Below are positions 13,260 through 25,384 of a DNA stretch of 64,000 nucleotides, one piece after another. The stretch's first letter is position 1. Each line of letters opens with the position of its first letter. Source of the stretch: Eledone cirrhosa (Eukaryota). Both the position numbers and the translations under genes were made by a program. The notes below the pieces were generated by a model. The model did no database searches. It was not told where the DNA came from and worked only from the letters and a program-made list of their open reading frames with translations. The stretch lies in assembly GCA_964016885.1 (NCBI GenBank), contig OZ024740.1:9982001-10046000 (forward strand), read 5' to 3'.

Positions 13260-13900
13260 TAAAAATTTAATATAATGATTAGAGAACGAAAACACAAACA
13301 AATATAATATATACAAAGGAAAGGGAAAGGAAAAAAGAAAGAGAAAAAACACACAAGCACGTAATACCCACATCTTAGACCCCATAGAACAATATGCAGG
13401 CGAAAGAATGGGAAAATGAGACGCTACCAGAGCAAAAGATAACAATATAGCGAGGAGCACTGGAAAACCTCTCTAATAATTTTTGAGACAAGCCAGCACG
13501 CTCGCAGCGTTACCTGGGGTGATGGCGAGGCTGGGGTGCTGGAACTACCAGTGCACTCACAAGCATAACCAGTTACCTCTGTTTGGCGAGCCGCCAGTGA
13601 AGATAAGAACCTCTCTGTCAGTAGCCCGACTCCCCCAAACGTCTCGAACACCACAGGCTGGATAATATAGTCAGCTGACAGAACTCGGTATTTTAGGATT
13701 TTGTTCCGTTCAGCTGCGGATGCTGTAGCTCTCGTCCTTACTGCTGCATCCAGGATGTGGGGAGAAGCAAAAGAGTCACTAACTGTGACGTTCCAGGTAA
13801 CGCACCTGCCTCTTGACCAGGAGCACAGAGTAAGACCGTCAAGTCTTTTCCCATCAATTCTGGACAATCCAGACAGTTCCAAAATTGAGGGGATGTTTTC
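13260..13900 (-). mobile_element. 3' remnant of a restriction-like-endonuclease non-LTR retrotransposon (CRE-like)
   Basis: ORF 13424-13882: ELSGLSRIDGKRLDGLTLCSWSRGRCVTWNVTVSDS...AAERNKILKY...PVVFETFGGVG matches the decayed KRPDG...WDVT...K..KY...P...ET.G RLE pattern. Confidence 0.75.
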
Positions 13901-14054
13901 CCGGTCAAAGCTCTTCAGTGGTAATAGGACAGTGTGTGTATGTGCGCGCGCATGAGTTTATCGGCGTTCTTAAATTAGAGACACGTGTGTGTGTATCACT
14001 GTTTTTAAGTCAGAGACATATATTTCCTTCTTTTTACACACACATACACATTGT

Positions 14055-14742
14055 GTGATGGACGGGTGGACAGAAGTCCCTCAAATTTATGTACATGTGA
14101 ATAGAGCTCTACTGAAGCAGTTAGAGAAGTTCAAGTATCTTGGAGTCGTGTTCATGAGTGATGGAATGCAGGAGGCTGAATTAAGTGCAAGAATTGCAAA
14201 AGCTGATGCAGTAATGCGCCAGCCTCAGCATTCAGCAATCAGAAGAAGGGGGTAGGTGTAAAAGCCAAACTCGCTGCCTTCCTGGTATTCCTGCCAACTC
14301 TTACCGAGGATTGTGAATCTTGAGTAATGACCAAAAGAATACAATTGCAAATAAAAGCGGCAGAAATGGGATTCATCCGAAGAGTCTTTGGAGTAACGTT
14401 ACTCGATAAAGGGCATAGCTCAGAGATCAGAGAGTCACTCCTGGTAGAGGCGCTACTTCTCCGAATTGAGAGATCACAACTCCGATATTATGAGTATGAG
14501 GTTAGAATGTCTTAGTAAAGAATCGCTGGACAGATTTTACAGGCAAAACTAACCGGCAAGAGACCCAGTGGTAGACCCTGAGCAAAATAGTTGGATAATA
14601 TCTATGAGCTTGGCTGGTCATGCTTTGGGATCCAGTTGGATGAGTTAGAGATATTTGCTTCTGACAGACTTGCTGGAAGGAATGTTTGAGAAGGACTCTG
14701 CCCCCACGACCCTCTCAGAAATAAGTGGGCGAAGAAGAAGAT
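14055..14742 (+). mobile_element. RTE-clade LINE 3' remnant
   Basis: LKQLEKFKYLGVVFMSDG...RIAKA and AAEMGFIRRVFGVTLLDK..SSEIRESL.VE.LLLRIERSQLR; multiple stops; ends in (GAA)n. Confidence 0.88.
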
Positions 14743-14837
14743 ATAGTCAATTTACTTTTCAATTACATATATCTATATGCATATATATTTGCGTATAATA
14801 CCAATATGCACACTACATATGCCAACAGTTCATTATT

Positions 14838-14905
14838 GGTAATTTATTTATCGACTCTGTAAGGATGGAAGGCAAATCGAACCTCGGAGGGATTTGAACT
14901 CAGAT
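14838..14905 (-). mobile_element. SINE fragment (family of 25181)
   Basis: ttatcgactctgtaaggatggaaggcaaa...cctcggagggatttgaactcaga is the reverse complement of the core at 25250-25320. Confidence 0.7.
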
Positions 14906-15033
14906 ATTGAAAACATCGTTTTTAGAGTTTAGTTTTATTTATGAAGGATTTCTTCCTATTTCCAAATTGTTTGTGTCTGAAACAACAGAGTTCCTAAGTC
15001 CATGCTTCAAAGACCCCGTCTCTCACCTGCACA

Positions 15034-15099
<66 letters not shown>

Positions 15100-15346
15100 C
15101 ACTCTCTCTCTCTCTCTCTCTTACACACACTCTCTCTCTTTCACACACACACCGACACTCACTCACGCACACACACACACTCACAGCTATTACTACTCTC
15201 ATACATACATATGCATATACATACATGTACACACATAAACACATACACTTATCACCACTCTCATACATACATATACACACACATACGAAATCTACTGACC
15301 TTTCAACAACCAGGTAGGTCACATTTCAGATCTCTCTCCCCTCTCA

Positions 15347-15388
<42 letters not shown>

Positions 15389-15622
15389 GAGATGTGTACA
15401 TACACACACATAGACACAGAGATACAGACATGTGTACACACACACACAGACACACACACAGACACACTCACATACACACAAGGTATGACCTTGCACTAAA
15501 CATCTGCGTCACACGACACAAATTACAATAATTTATCAACAAACACACCTTTAACACTTCTTACTAAAACATATATATATACATACATATATACATATAT
15601 ATATATACATACATATATACAC

Positions 15623-16082
<460 letters not shown>

Positions 16083-16086
16083 TATA

Positions 16087-16136
<50 letters not shown>

Positions 16137-16202
16137 TATAGAGATAGATTGATAGATATAAAAATAAATATACAGGGGTGTGTATGATTGTGTATAGAAG
16201 AT

Positions 16203-16290
16203 TATTCTGTGGTGACAGTCAAGTTTGCAAACTTGACTTTCACCACAGAATATGAACCTGAAGATTGCGAAAGCATGAAGTACTTGTTCA
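16203..16290 (+). ncRNA. Fold-back hairpin followed by a degenerate hammerhead
   Basis: 16203-16252 is a near-perfect palindrome; then tgaac CTGAAGA ttgc gaaa gcat GAA gtac tt gttca, with one A of GAAA missing. Confidence 0.6.
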
Positions 16291-16367
16291 ATTAACACTT
16301 AACATTTAATATTCCATCATACTATTTCATTATAATTATAAAGGATTGTAAATCAGAATTCCTTTTA

Positions 16368-16420
<53 letters not shown>

Positions 16421-16553
16421 CTCCAGTTATATATATATATGACTCCAGTTCCTCAGTGAAATAACAACCCAACAAGGAACTGAGCATATCAGAGTATTGA
16501 CAATATTATACACATAAACAACATATGTACTTGTCTATACCATACTAATTCAA

Positions 16554-16610
16554 ACTGCCTGAAGAGGTCACAGCTAAAGATGACTGTCACTGAAATATAT
16601 ATATAGCAGT
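16554..16610 (+). ncRNA. Minimal type I hammerhead ribozyme
   Basis: actgc CTGAAGA ggtcacag...ctgtcact GAAA tatatata ta gcagt; stem I actgc/gcagt, palindromic (AT)n stem III, AATAAA immediately downstream. Confidence 0.78.
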
Positions 16611-16769
16611 AATAAACGAAGCTAAATTTTAATCACTTTTATTTAACTTTATTTTACACTACTCCGGAGTAACCAAACCAACCTGCGCACTTCGTCGAGT
16701 GCCCCAGCCTGCATACTGAGGTGTTGATATACAACCAACATAAACTCAAAATCTCTATATATATATATA

Positions 16770-17005
16770 TAAATGAAAGTAGAGAAATTAATGTGAGCAA
16801 GAAGCCAACAGTATTTCATAAAATTAAGTGACTATAACGTCAAAATGGAAAATAATTAACGTAAGATATGGGAAAATAATTCAAAAACATTTTTTTTTTA
16901 AATCAAGACAGAGATTTTATCCACAGATTTTGTGAAATCCATGGAAAAAACCAATAGAGTCGTAACTCAGAATAAAATAAAGTTTAAATACTCATCCTTC
17001 AATTT
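16770..17005 (-). mobile_element. Dispersed repeat, truncated copy of the family at 31868-32220
   Basis: agcaagaagccaacagta...gtcaaaatggaaaa...atccacaga...taactcagaataaaataaagtttaaa is shared by both loci. Confidence 0.8.
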
Positions 17006-17014
17006 ATATATATA

Positions 17015-18510
17015 TATTTAAGAGTTAAACAAGGTTCAATGAATACATCAAAGAATGAGTTATACAATATATTGGAAGCACTCAATAGAAATGTTTTCCA
17101 GAGTTATTAATATTAATTCAAAATATTAACAAAATAGATATTCTTGTGATCAATTATATTTTATTATACATATTTCAGAGGTACTGAGTTAAGTTCAACA
17201 GTACGTCCTCATCAGATAAAATAAAATGATACATGACATACCCTGACATAGTAGATGGTTAAGATTCAATCAAGGTAGTGATTAACTTATGACAAAACTC
17301 AATATTTATACCCTAATATTGAGAACATGAGATAACGTGATACAAACAATAGAGAGAGTGCGTGTAAAAGATTTTAAGAAATACATGGCATCAATATTAG
17401 AATTTATAAATTTTTTTATTTTTACAAACTACTGGAGAAAGAGGAGGGAAAGGAAAGCATAGAGCAAGAAACAGCTGATGTGATAATATATTTAGTAGGT
17501 GGCTTGAGAAGACAGATGAGAGATGATTAAAGAGAGAGAGAGAGGCAAAGGGGGTAATTTATGTTCAAGTTTATATACACACAGATTTCTATATAATCAA
17601 CATGTGTCCAGAATAATATAGTTGGCGTTTAATTTTAAAAATATTTAGTTTATATTATTTCTGGGTAAAGAATCATATTTTAGGTTTTAAAAGTTAATAG
17701 GTATTTGTATTAATATTATAATATAATTATGTTTAATTTCTAAAATTCAAATTTTATGAAAACAAATTTAAAGGATTTACGAAACACGAGAAAGAAAAAA
17801 ATATATATATATAATGTTTTATATCCCCACGAAGGTAATCTTTACCAAAATTACTTATAATATTGACAACAGTTTCTATAATATAATTTATAAGATAATT
17901 ATAGTTATAATTATTAAAGAATTTATTGTTAAATAGTTTGAGTGCCTAAAGTATCAACCGGCCTTATAATTAAACTTAAAGAGGTCAGAATTTTTAACTA
18001 TATATATGTATTGATCATAAAATACCAAGATCATAGTTTATTATGTATTCATAGCTGAGGTGATACCTTTCAAATATAAATAATATATTATTATATTACA
18101 ATAATGCAATATTACAATATAGTAAATAATTTCCTGAAGATATTGCTCAAAAATATATATAGTAAAAAATATTGTTAAAGAATTAATGTTTTATATCAAT
18201 TATTTTCATTTAGTTGATATATACTATAAAGATATAAGTCAAAACTATATGAGTCCTAGTGATAGGGGCTAGATACAAAATAAATATACAAATAAAAGAA
18301 AATGAATTATTTGTGAAATTTAAAGATGCCCAAAATTAGAAATAAATGCAATAGGGTTTTCATAAAGTATAGAAAAGATATCTCTAAAATATTTTAGCGA
18401 ATGTGATATAAAGAAGCGCTGAATATTTGAAAAAATACCTCTGAAATGTGTATAATAAAATATAATTGATCACAAGAATATCTATTTTGTTAATATTTTG
18501 AATTAATATA
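17015..18510 (-). mobile_element. Non-coding 3' part of a PLE related to 7918-10800, with a short inverted arm
   Basis: 17115-17400 aligns to 7920-8200; 17015-17115 is the reverse complement of ~10700-10800; 18436-18510 is the reverse complement of ~17110-17183. Confidence 0.85.
17158..17222 (-). ncRNA. Minimal type I hammerhead ribozyme (homolog of 7964)
   Basis: attttat CTGATGA ggacgtactgttgaacttaactcagtacctct GAAA tatgta ta ataaaat; differences from the 7964 copy fall mainly in the stem II loop. Confidence 0.8.
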
Positions 18511-18582
18511 TATATATATATATTATTGAATTAATATATATATATATATATTATTGATAAAATTTGCTCCGGATATAACACC

Positions 18583-18673
18583 CGTGTCTGAAAGAACCGG
18601 CAGAAGTAGAATCAGCCAGATCCATACAAGGACCATGACTCGAGCTACATGTCGACGAAACTATTGTAACACG
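18583..18673 (+). ncRNA. Hammerhead-like motif with extended stem II
   Basis: cgtgt CTGAAAGA a c cggca...tgtcg ac GAAA ctattg ta acacg, then AATAAA; stem I cgtgt/acacg, GUA triplet, one extra A in the core. Confidence 0.62.
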
Positions 18674-18800
18674 AAATAAACTAAGTCCAGATGCATCACT
18701 GATTTTTCGTTTTCTTGATAATATTTACACTCTATTCTGATGAATATCGAGTGGTAATTTTGGCATACCGCCTACGGAAGCACCTTAGCTACCACTATAC

Positions 18801-18907
<107 letters not shown>

Positions 18908-18976
18908 GATACATATATATCAAAGGTATATATTCAGTTAGAAACTCGAAATAGTCTCTTACAATTAAATAGCTCA

Positions 18977-19150
18977 ATACATGGTGGCTGCCAACTCGTT
19001 TTCGAGTACGGCCACTACTTTATATGTAGGAGAACCCCTACCGATGCGCTGAACGAGTGTGAATTTTTAGTCCAGCCAGCGACTTGAAAACTCTGGTACA
19101 AACACTACACTTGTGACAATTATTGACACATAGTGCTGGGCCCATGGTAC
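18977..19150 (-). mobile_element. Extreme 3' end of an RTE-type LINE with a C-terminal C2H2 finger
   Basis: [23 protein letters not shown] followed by the short tail ggccgtactcgaaaacgagttggcagccaccatgtat. Confidence 0.6.
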
Positions 19151-19313
19151 CAATACATACATACATACATACATACATACATACATACATACATACTTGT
19201 ATATATATATATATACATACATACATATATATACATATGTATATATATATATATATATATATACACATACATATATATACATATATATATATATACATAC
19301 ATATATATACATC

Positions 19314-19409
<96 letters not shown>

Positions 19410-19483
19410 TTAAAACAATGAAATAAAAAATCAAGTCATTAGAGATATACTTCACTGCTTATATGTATATATATGTATGTGTG

Positions 19484-19543
<60 letters not shown>

Positions 19544-19553
19544 TGTATGTATG

Positions 19554-19611
<58 letters not shown>

Positions 19612-19744
19612 AGTATGAATATTTCAAATGCACATTATGTGTTTAATAGTTGGCACATTTCAGGTCATCGACAAGGAAATGGGATATATGTATGTATGCA
19701 TAGATATATATGTGCTTGTATTTATATATGTATATATATGTATG

Positions 19745-19817
<73 letters not shown>

Positions 19818-20089
19818 TTCAAGAGTAACCAATCTTAAAGAGAGAGATGGAGATAGTAGAGGAGATATGAGAGGAAAGATTGGAGAGTTAGTTAGAAGCC
19901 AAAGCGTAAAGGCATGTGCTCAATGTGCAATATGCAGTAGAAAGCAGCTAGGTGGCTGGGTTCATGCAGAGGTTAGGTGCGCAGAGCTGGAAATATTCAT
20001 TAGTTAAGCAAAACAAGACCACAAATTTCACAAGGAAGACATTATTAAAAGGTTGTCAACATATTTTAGTTTGATGTAAGGAATGTAGA

Positions 20090-20145
<56 letters not shown>

Positions 20146-20148
20146 CCC

Positions 20149-20268
20149 GTTTACAATTGTTTCGCTACTCCGTATAATATTTCTGGATCAAATGACTATA
20201 TATCATAATTGATCTGGTTCAGTTGAAAATAATTAACATATTTAAAAAACAGAGTGGCTCATCGGAAC
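20149..20268 (-). ncRNA. Hammerhead variant (CCGAUGA core, ~95 nt stem II domain)
   Basis: Reverse complement of the motif at 22780-22899. Confidence 0.7.
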
Positions 20269-20635
20269 TCAAGGGAATATAAATTAAAATAATGTTACAT
20301 AATATAATGTTCCATATATTGGTTTTTACTATGGTGCCTTGGTTGCATCAGCTGTCAGCCATAATCAAGCAGTATTCATCTGTCGAGGCTGCATTGTGTG
20401 AGATCTGCCTATGGGTAACAAGATGGCTGCCAAAGGGCATATTTACCTTACTAATTAGAGGGTGGTTTCAGGGGAAGTAACTTCTCGAGAGATTAGAGAT
20501 TGTGTATATTTTATAGTTATGTGCTAGTATTTAAATTATTTAATTGAGAGACAATGTAGGGGAGGTAACTTATAATTATCGAGTTGTTCATAGCAATTTA
20601 ACTTATTAGCTACAATTAGAGATGGGGCTACATGA

Positions 20636-22740
20636 CTAAGTTGGGTCAAAAACTCTATTGGCGAAGGAATTAGCCCTTCCATGTTGACAGCTAATGGTTA
20701 CCTCCGTTCTATCGTTAATTGGTAGAGGTCGTGATAGAGTTATGTAATATGCTTCCGTAACACAGAGATCACAAGATTTCCTTCGTCCATTGAACGGTTG
20801 GGCCCTAGCTACGATATCCCATTTTAGTGAGTGTTGAACTTTGTTTAATTTAAGGTTTTTAATAAGCCTAGCTAGCGATGTCGAACATCTGTTGCTAGGG
20901 TCTCGGAAGGAAAAAGAGTGCGCGTTATAGCGTACCTTAAAAGGGTTAGAGGTAGACCCAATATAAGAGCTGGTATTCGAAGCAGTCTCAACTGTGCACC
21001 TATAGACTATGTTGGGTGTCAGGCAGTGTCCATTTAATGGGCATGCATTGGGGTACCGGCAGTTGCAGTTGCTTCTGCGGTTAGTGAAAGTAGGGTTGTT
21101 TAACCTAAGCAGTTGGTCCGTGCTAGAAGGATTAGATGGGGGAGGTGTGCTACTAGAGTAATTATTGGTGTAGTGGCGTGGTGTATTTGATAGGGGTGGT
21201 GGTACCGCGGTGTGGGAGTTATACTGTCTTAGCTTATGATGGTTACTGAACGCGATGTGGCTAGCTAGGTTAGGTGTTGTGGAGAATGAGATTTTAATGT
21301 TGTTTTTATTAAAGAGTTTGTAATATCTATGGTTAGGAGGAAAGTGTTTGGATAGGATAGAGAAGAAGCGATTGGGGATATTAGTGGCTAGATTAGATGA
21401 GAATGGTGGGTTAAGCCAGGTGATATTTCTAGGTCTATTCCTTCTAGGGGTTCTAGTGGAGTTGGTAGGGGCCTTCCTTGGGTTATTATTACCTGGGAGT
21501 TTGTTATTTGTCATCCCATTTCTCATTCCTATTCTAGGGTTGATTCTTAGTTTGCTACTTGGAGTGGGGAGCAGGCCGCTGCCACCATTAAAGTTCCCTG
21601 TATAGGTGCTGTTACTGCTAAAATTCCGGCGAATCTGGCTATATGCTAAGGTATTTCTAGTTCTAGTGTTAAGTTTATTATGGTGAGTTGCTGTGTTATG
21701 GCATTTTGGTATGTAATAAATTGATTGTTTATAACCAGATTCAGAGAGAGCCTTATTATAATATTGTGCGTGGTTTATAAATATCTCTTCATTTACTGAT
21801 AGCATTGAGATCCTATAGGAGATAGATTTGATTACTGCTCTGATGACTGCCGGTGGGTGGTTAGAGTGTGGGCTAATATATGTGAGTATTTCGCTTGGTT
21901 TATGGTAAGGGTTATAAAGGTTATTTTGAGATCAAGGGTGACGTCTAGGAAGTTTACTACTTTATGGTTCAGCTCGATGGTGATAGAGAGACCGTTATTT
22001 TTGAAGAATCTATGAAATTGTTTCTTTAGTAAATCGATTCCCCGATTAGTGCAATTGTGGACTGCAAATAGGGCGTCGTCCCTGTATATTCCACCTTGCA
22101 TGGGTTGGATTTCGGCTCTGATGTTACGTAATAGGTAAATCCCAACTAAATCGGTGATTTGCGCGGAGTCACTTGAGCCCATCGTAATGTCAAAGTTGTC
22201 TGTTCTATCTTTTCTAGTCCAGAGTGCTCCGTTGAATTCAATGATAGTCTGCCTAGCCATAAGTATGATGTTAATCTCATTATTGGTTATGCGCGAGTTG
22301 GTGGTGGCTAGGGCTAGTGCTTTGTTGAGCATTTCCGGGGTTATTGACGCGTAATAGCTGTCTATATCAAATTGGATGAACCTCATAGATTGCTTGGACC
22401 TTAGATCGGAGAACCATCTGATGACTTGGCCGGTGTTGGACCACAACTTGTAGGTGGTATCATCCCGTAGCCCATGGATTATCCTATCAAGGATGTTCTT
22501 ACTGATGCGGCCCAGGTCAGATGTGGTTGGGCTTATGAGTCTAATGGATGGGTTCTCTATAAAGTTTGGCTTGTGGTCCTTGAGAGAGAACCTTGGGGTT
22601 GTTGGTACATAAGGGTGGGTAAATCTATCCAAATGGAAGTCCTTAACCAAAGCCGGGGCTTTTCGGTTAAGTACGTTTACACTGGAGGGTGTAGTTTTTT
22701 ATAGTTTTTGTTGAGTTCTTTAAGAAGGAAAGAGTTGTAA
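20636..22740 (-). pseudogene. Penelope-like RT + GIY-YIG polyprotein, 5'-truncated and frameshifted
   Basis: RT motifs LKDHKPNF, RLISPT, QFDIDSYY, DITMGSSD, GIYRDDAL, VNFLDVTL; endonuclease CNCRYPNACPLNGHC..NIVY..YIGST..FKVRYNAH; frameshift near 21930. Confidence 0.93.
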
Positions 22741-22779
22741 ATTTATTATGTAACATTATTTTAATTTATATTCCTTTGA

Positions 22780-22899
22780 GTTCCGATGAGCCACTCTGTT
22801 TTTTAAATATGTTAATTATTTTCAACTGAACCAGATCAATTATGATATATAGTCATCTGATCCAGAAATATTATATGGAGTAGCGAAACAATTGTAAAC
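22780..22899 (+). ncRNA. Hammerhead variant in the inverted PLE arm
   Basis: gtt CCGATGA gccactctgt...atggagtagc GAAA caattg ta aac; palindromic stem III ACAATTGT, GUA triplet, only a 3 bp stem I. Confidence 0.7.
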
Positions 22900-23030
22900 G
22901 GACATTATTATTATTAATATTATTATTATTATTATTCTCTACATTCCTTACATCAAACTAAAATATGTTGACAACCTTTTAATAATGTCTTCCTTGTGAA
23001 ATTTGTGGTCTTGTTTTGCTTAACTAATGA

Positions 23031-23069
<39 letters not shown>

Positions 23070-23079
23070 AATATATATA

Positions 23080-23175
<96 letters not shown>

Positions 23176-23177
<2 letters not shown>

Positions 23178-23372
23178 GGAAAAGAATCAGGACCCCAACG
23201 GCTGAGCTCCGGCCGTTTCGACAGCAGGTCTGAACGGTTCAGACCTGCTGTCGAAACGGCCGAAGCTCAGCCGTTGGGGTACTGCTTCTTTTCCTATTAC
23301 CCACTCTACTACCCAGTATCGAGTACTTTGGTGCGTTATGGTCCACCTGGTTCCTTACCACACTTCCTTGGT
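23176..23372 (+). mobile_element. Miniature fold-back/half-hammerhead element, copy 2
   Basis: Hairpin 23176-23296 with GAAA-CGGC-cgaagctca-GCCG-TT-GGGGT and the same ttacccactctactaccc...gagtactttggtgcgttatggtcca tail. Confidence 0.85.
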
Positions 23373-23484
23373 TATATATATATATATATAAGTTGACGGA
23401 ACTAGCATGGGTTTCACTGCTAGGACAGGTTGCATCTCAACGTATTTAATAGGTAATGTTACATAAATATATATATAAACAAAA

Positions 23485-23612
23485 AAGGTGTGGTAAGATA
23501 CGAGGTGGACCATAACGAACCAAAGTACTCGATACTGCTAGGTTAGTTTGGATTCGTATCTAGCTGTCGAAACGGCCGGAACTCAGCCGTCGAGGTCCTG
23601 CCTCTTTTCCTA
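23485..23612. mobile_element. Rearranged miniature half-hammerhead element, copy 3
   Basis: Tail in minus orientation joined to gctgtcGAAAcggccggaactcagccgTCgaggtcc...ttttccta. Confidence 0.75.
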
Positions 23613-23626
23613 TATATATATATATT

Positions 23627-24015
23627 ATGTCAGGTCGCTCCCGAGTGCTACTGGCAACATGTAACCCAGTACAACCTGTCTCGTGGTCGGGTCATCGGCG
23701 ACTAAACCGGCAAACCCACCAAGCTTGCTTGGTGAGGAGGGTGATATTTGGGCACCTGCGAGATGAAATACAAGACCCGGCAAAGGGCGAAGGAACTCAG
23801 CAGAGTCAACGGCCATTCAAATAGTACTTTTCTTTTTACTTGGGAGTGAAAGGCCCCCAGCTTTCTAGGAGAGGGAAACTCTGAAAATAAAACCTGCGGC
23901 TTCGGAAGCATCCAATGATGTCGACCAGTTCTCCTTTTCGGGCAGTGTTTGCGATGCTCAGAGAGTGGGATTGGTCGAGTGCAAGGCCTTTCCCCACTTA
24001 AAAAAACCTTCAAAC
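23627..24015 (+). mobile_element. Non-coding RTE-derived element (structured 5'UTR-like segment)
   Basis: Contains the ctaggagagggaaactctgaaaataaaacc motif typical of RTE 5'UTRs; homologous, in opposite orientation, to 24445-24921. Confidence 0.65.
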
Positions 24016-24024
24016 CATCGTTCT

Positions 24025-24310
24025 CACCACCACCATCACCACCACCTCCACCACCACCACAACCACAGCCACCATAATCACCAATGTCGTCACCATCAGC
24101 ACCACCACTACTACTATCATCACCACCACCACCACCACCACCAATGTCGTCACCATGAGCACCACCACTACTACTATCATCACCACCACCACCACCACCA
24201 CCACCACCTCTACCACCACCACCACCACCACCACCACCACCACCACCACCACCACCACCACCACCACCACCACCACCACCACTACCACCACCACCACCAC
24301 CACCACCACC
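24025..24310. repeat. (CAC)n microsatellite
   Basis: Direct reading. Confidence 0.95.
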
Positions 24311-24444
24311 AGAATTACATGACTGACAATGTTTCCGTCACATTCCGATGTATTTCACAAATGTTCACGTTTGTCCTGATTCACAAAGGCAGGTGTGGTT
24401 GATATTGTTTATAGGCGGACAAAGTCTGATCGGGGAATACATAC

Positions 24445-24921
24445 ATACATGATGGCTGCCCCCTCCTTATCGAGTATGGCCATTGCACGATATACCATTA
24501 TTAATAATTATTAATTAATTCTATCGTGCAATGCCTGTGCGTGAAGATATTTTTTAAAGTGAGGAAATACTGTGCACTGAGCCAATCCCACTCTCTGAGC
24601 GACAGTAGCTATAACCCGAAAAGAAGAAAAGATCAACATCATCGGTAACTACTGAGCCGCAGGTTTTATATCGGAGTTATCCCAGTTTCCTGAGTTGCCT
24701 TCTTCTCCTAGAAGAATGCCCTGGCAAAGGCTAGGGGTCCTTCACTCCCAGGGGTTTAACTGTGCGATCGGGTGTCCAGCCCGACTATTTCTATGTCCCC
24801 GCGCATATACATACACATGCACCCATGTATATACATATATACATACATATGTACATGTGTATATACATATTTACACGCATTTGGATGGCGGTTGACTCTT
24901 ATGAGTTCTTCCGCCCTTTGT
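24445..24921 (-). mobile_element. Bipartite non-autonomous RTE derivative (5'UTR-like body plus RTE 3' tail)
   Basis: Shares caaagggcg..gaactca..agagtcaac, gggagtgaa, aaaacctgcggct and gagagtgggattgg blocks with 23627-24015; tail ggccatactcgataaggagggggcagccatcatgtat matches the tail at 18977-19013. Confidence 0.7.
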
Positions 24922-24983
24922 ATATTTATATATATGCATATTTATATATATATATGTGTATGTATGTATGTACATACATACAT

Positions 24984-25038
<55 letters not shown>

Positions 25039-25095
25039 TATACATACATACATACACACACACATATATATATATATAAATATACATATATATAT

Positions 25096-25140
<45 letters not shown>

Positions 25141-25180
25141 CATACATTATACATACATACATACATACATTATATATATA

Positions 25181-25368
25181 GGGCGGTGGATTGGCAGTAT
25201 CGGTAGAGGGTCGGACGCCATGCTTTCCAGCATAGTTATGTCCCTTTACGATCTGAGTTCAAATGCCACTGAGGTTGACTTTGCCTTTCATCCTTACGGG
25301 GTCGATAAAATAAAGTACCAGTAATGCACTGGGTAATTGGTGGCCTTGTGCCTAAAATAGAAACAATT
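25181..25368 (+). mobile_element. Short tRNA-derived SINE (second family)
   Basis: tggcagtatcggtaga (A box), gagttcaaatgcc (B box), gactttgcctttcatccttacggggtcgataaaataaagtaccag core; at least five copies in the window. Confidence 0.88.
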
Positions 25369-25384
25369 ATATATATATATACAT

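Larger units (their letters stand above)
19815..23034 (-). mobile_element. 5'-truncated Penelope-like element with ~300 bp inverted pseudo-LTR arms
   Basis: ~19994-20303 and ~22745-23034 are near-perfect inverted repeats around RT and GIY-YIG coding sequence; (TA)n flanks. Confidence 0.93.
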
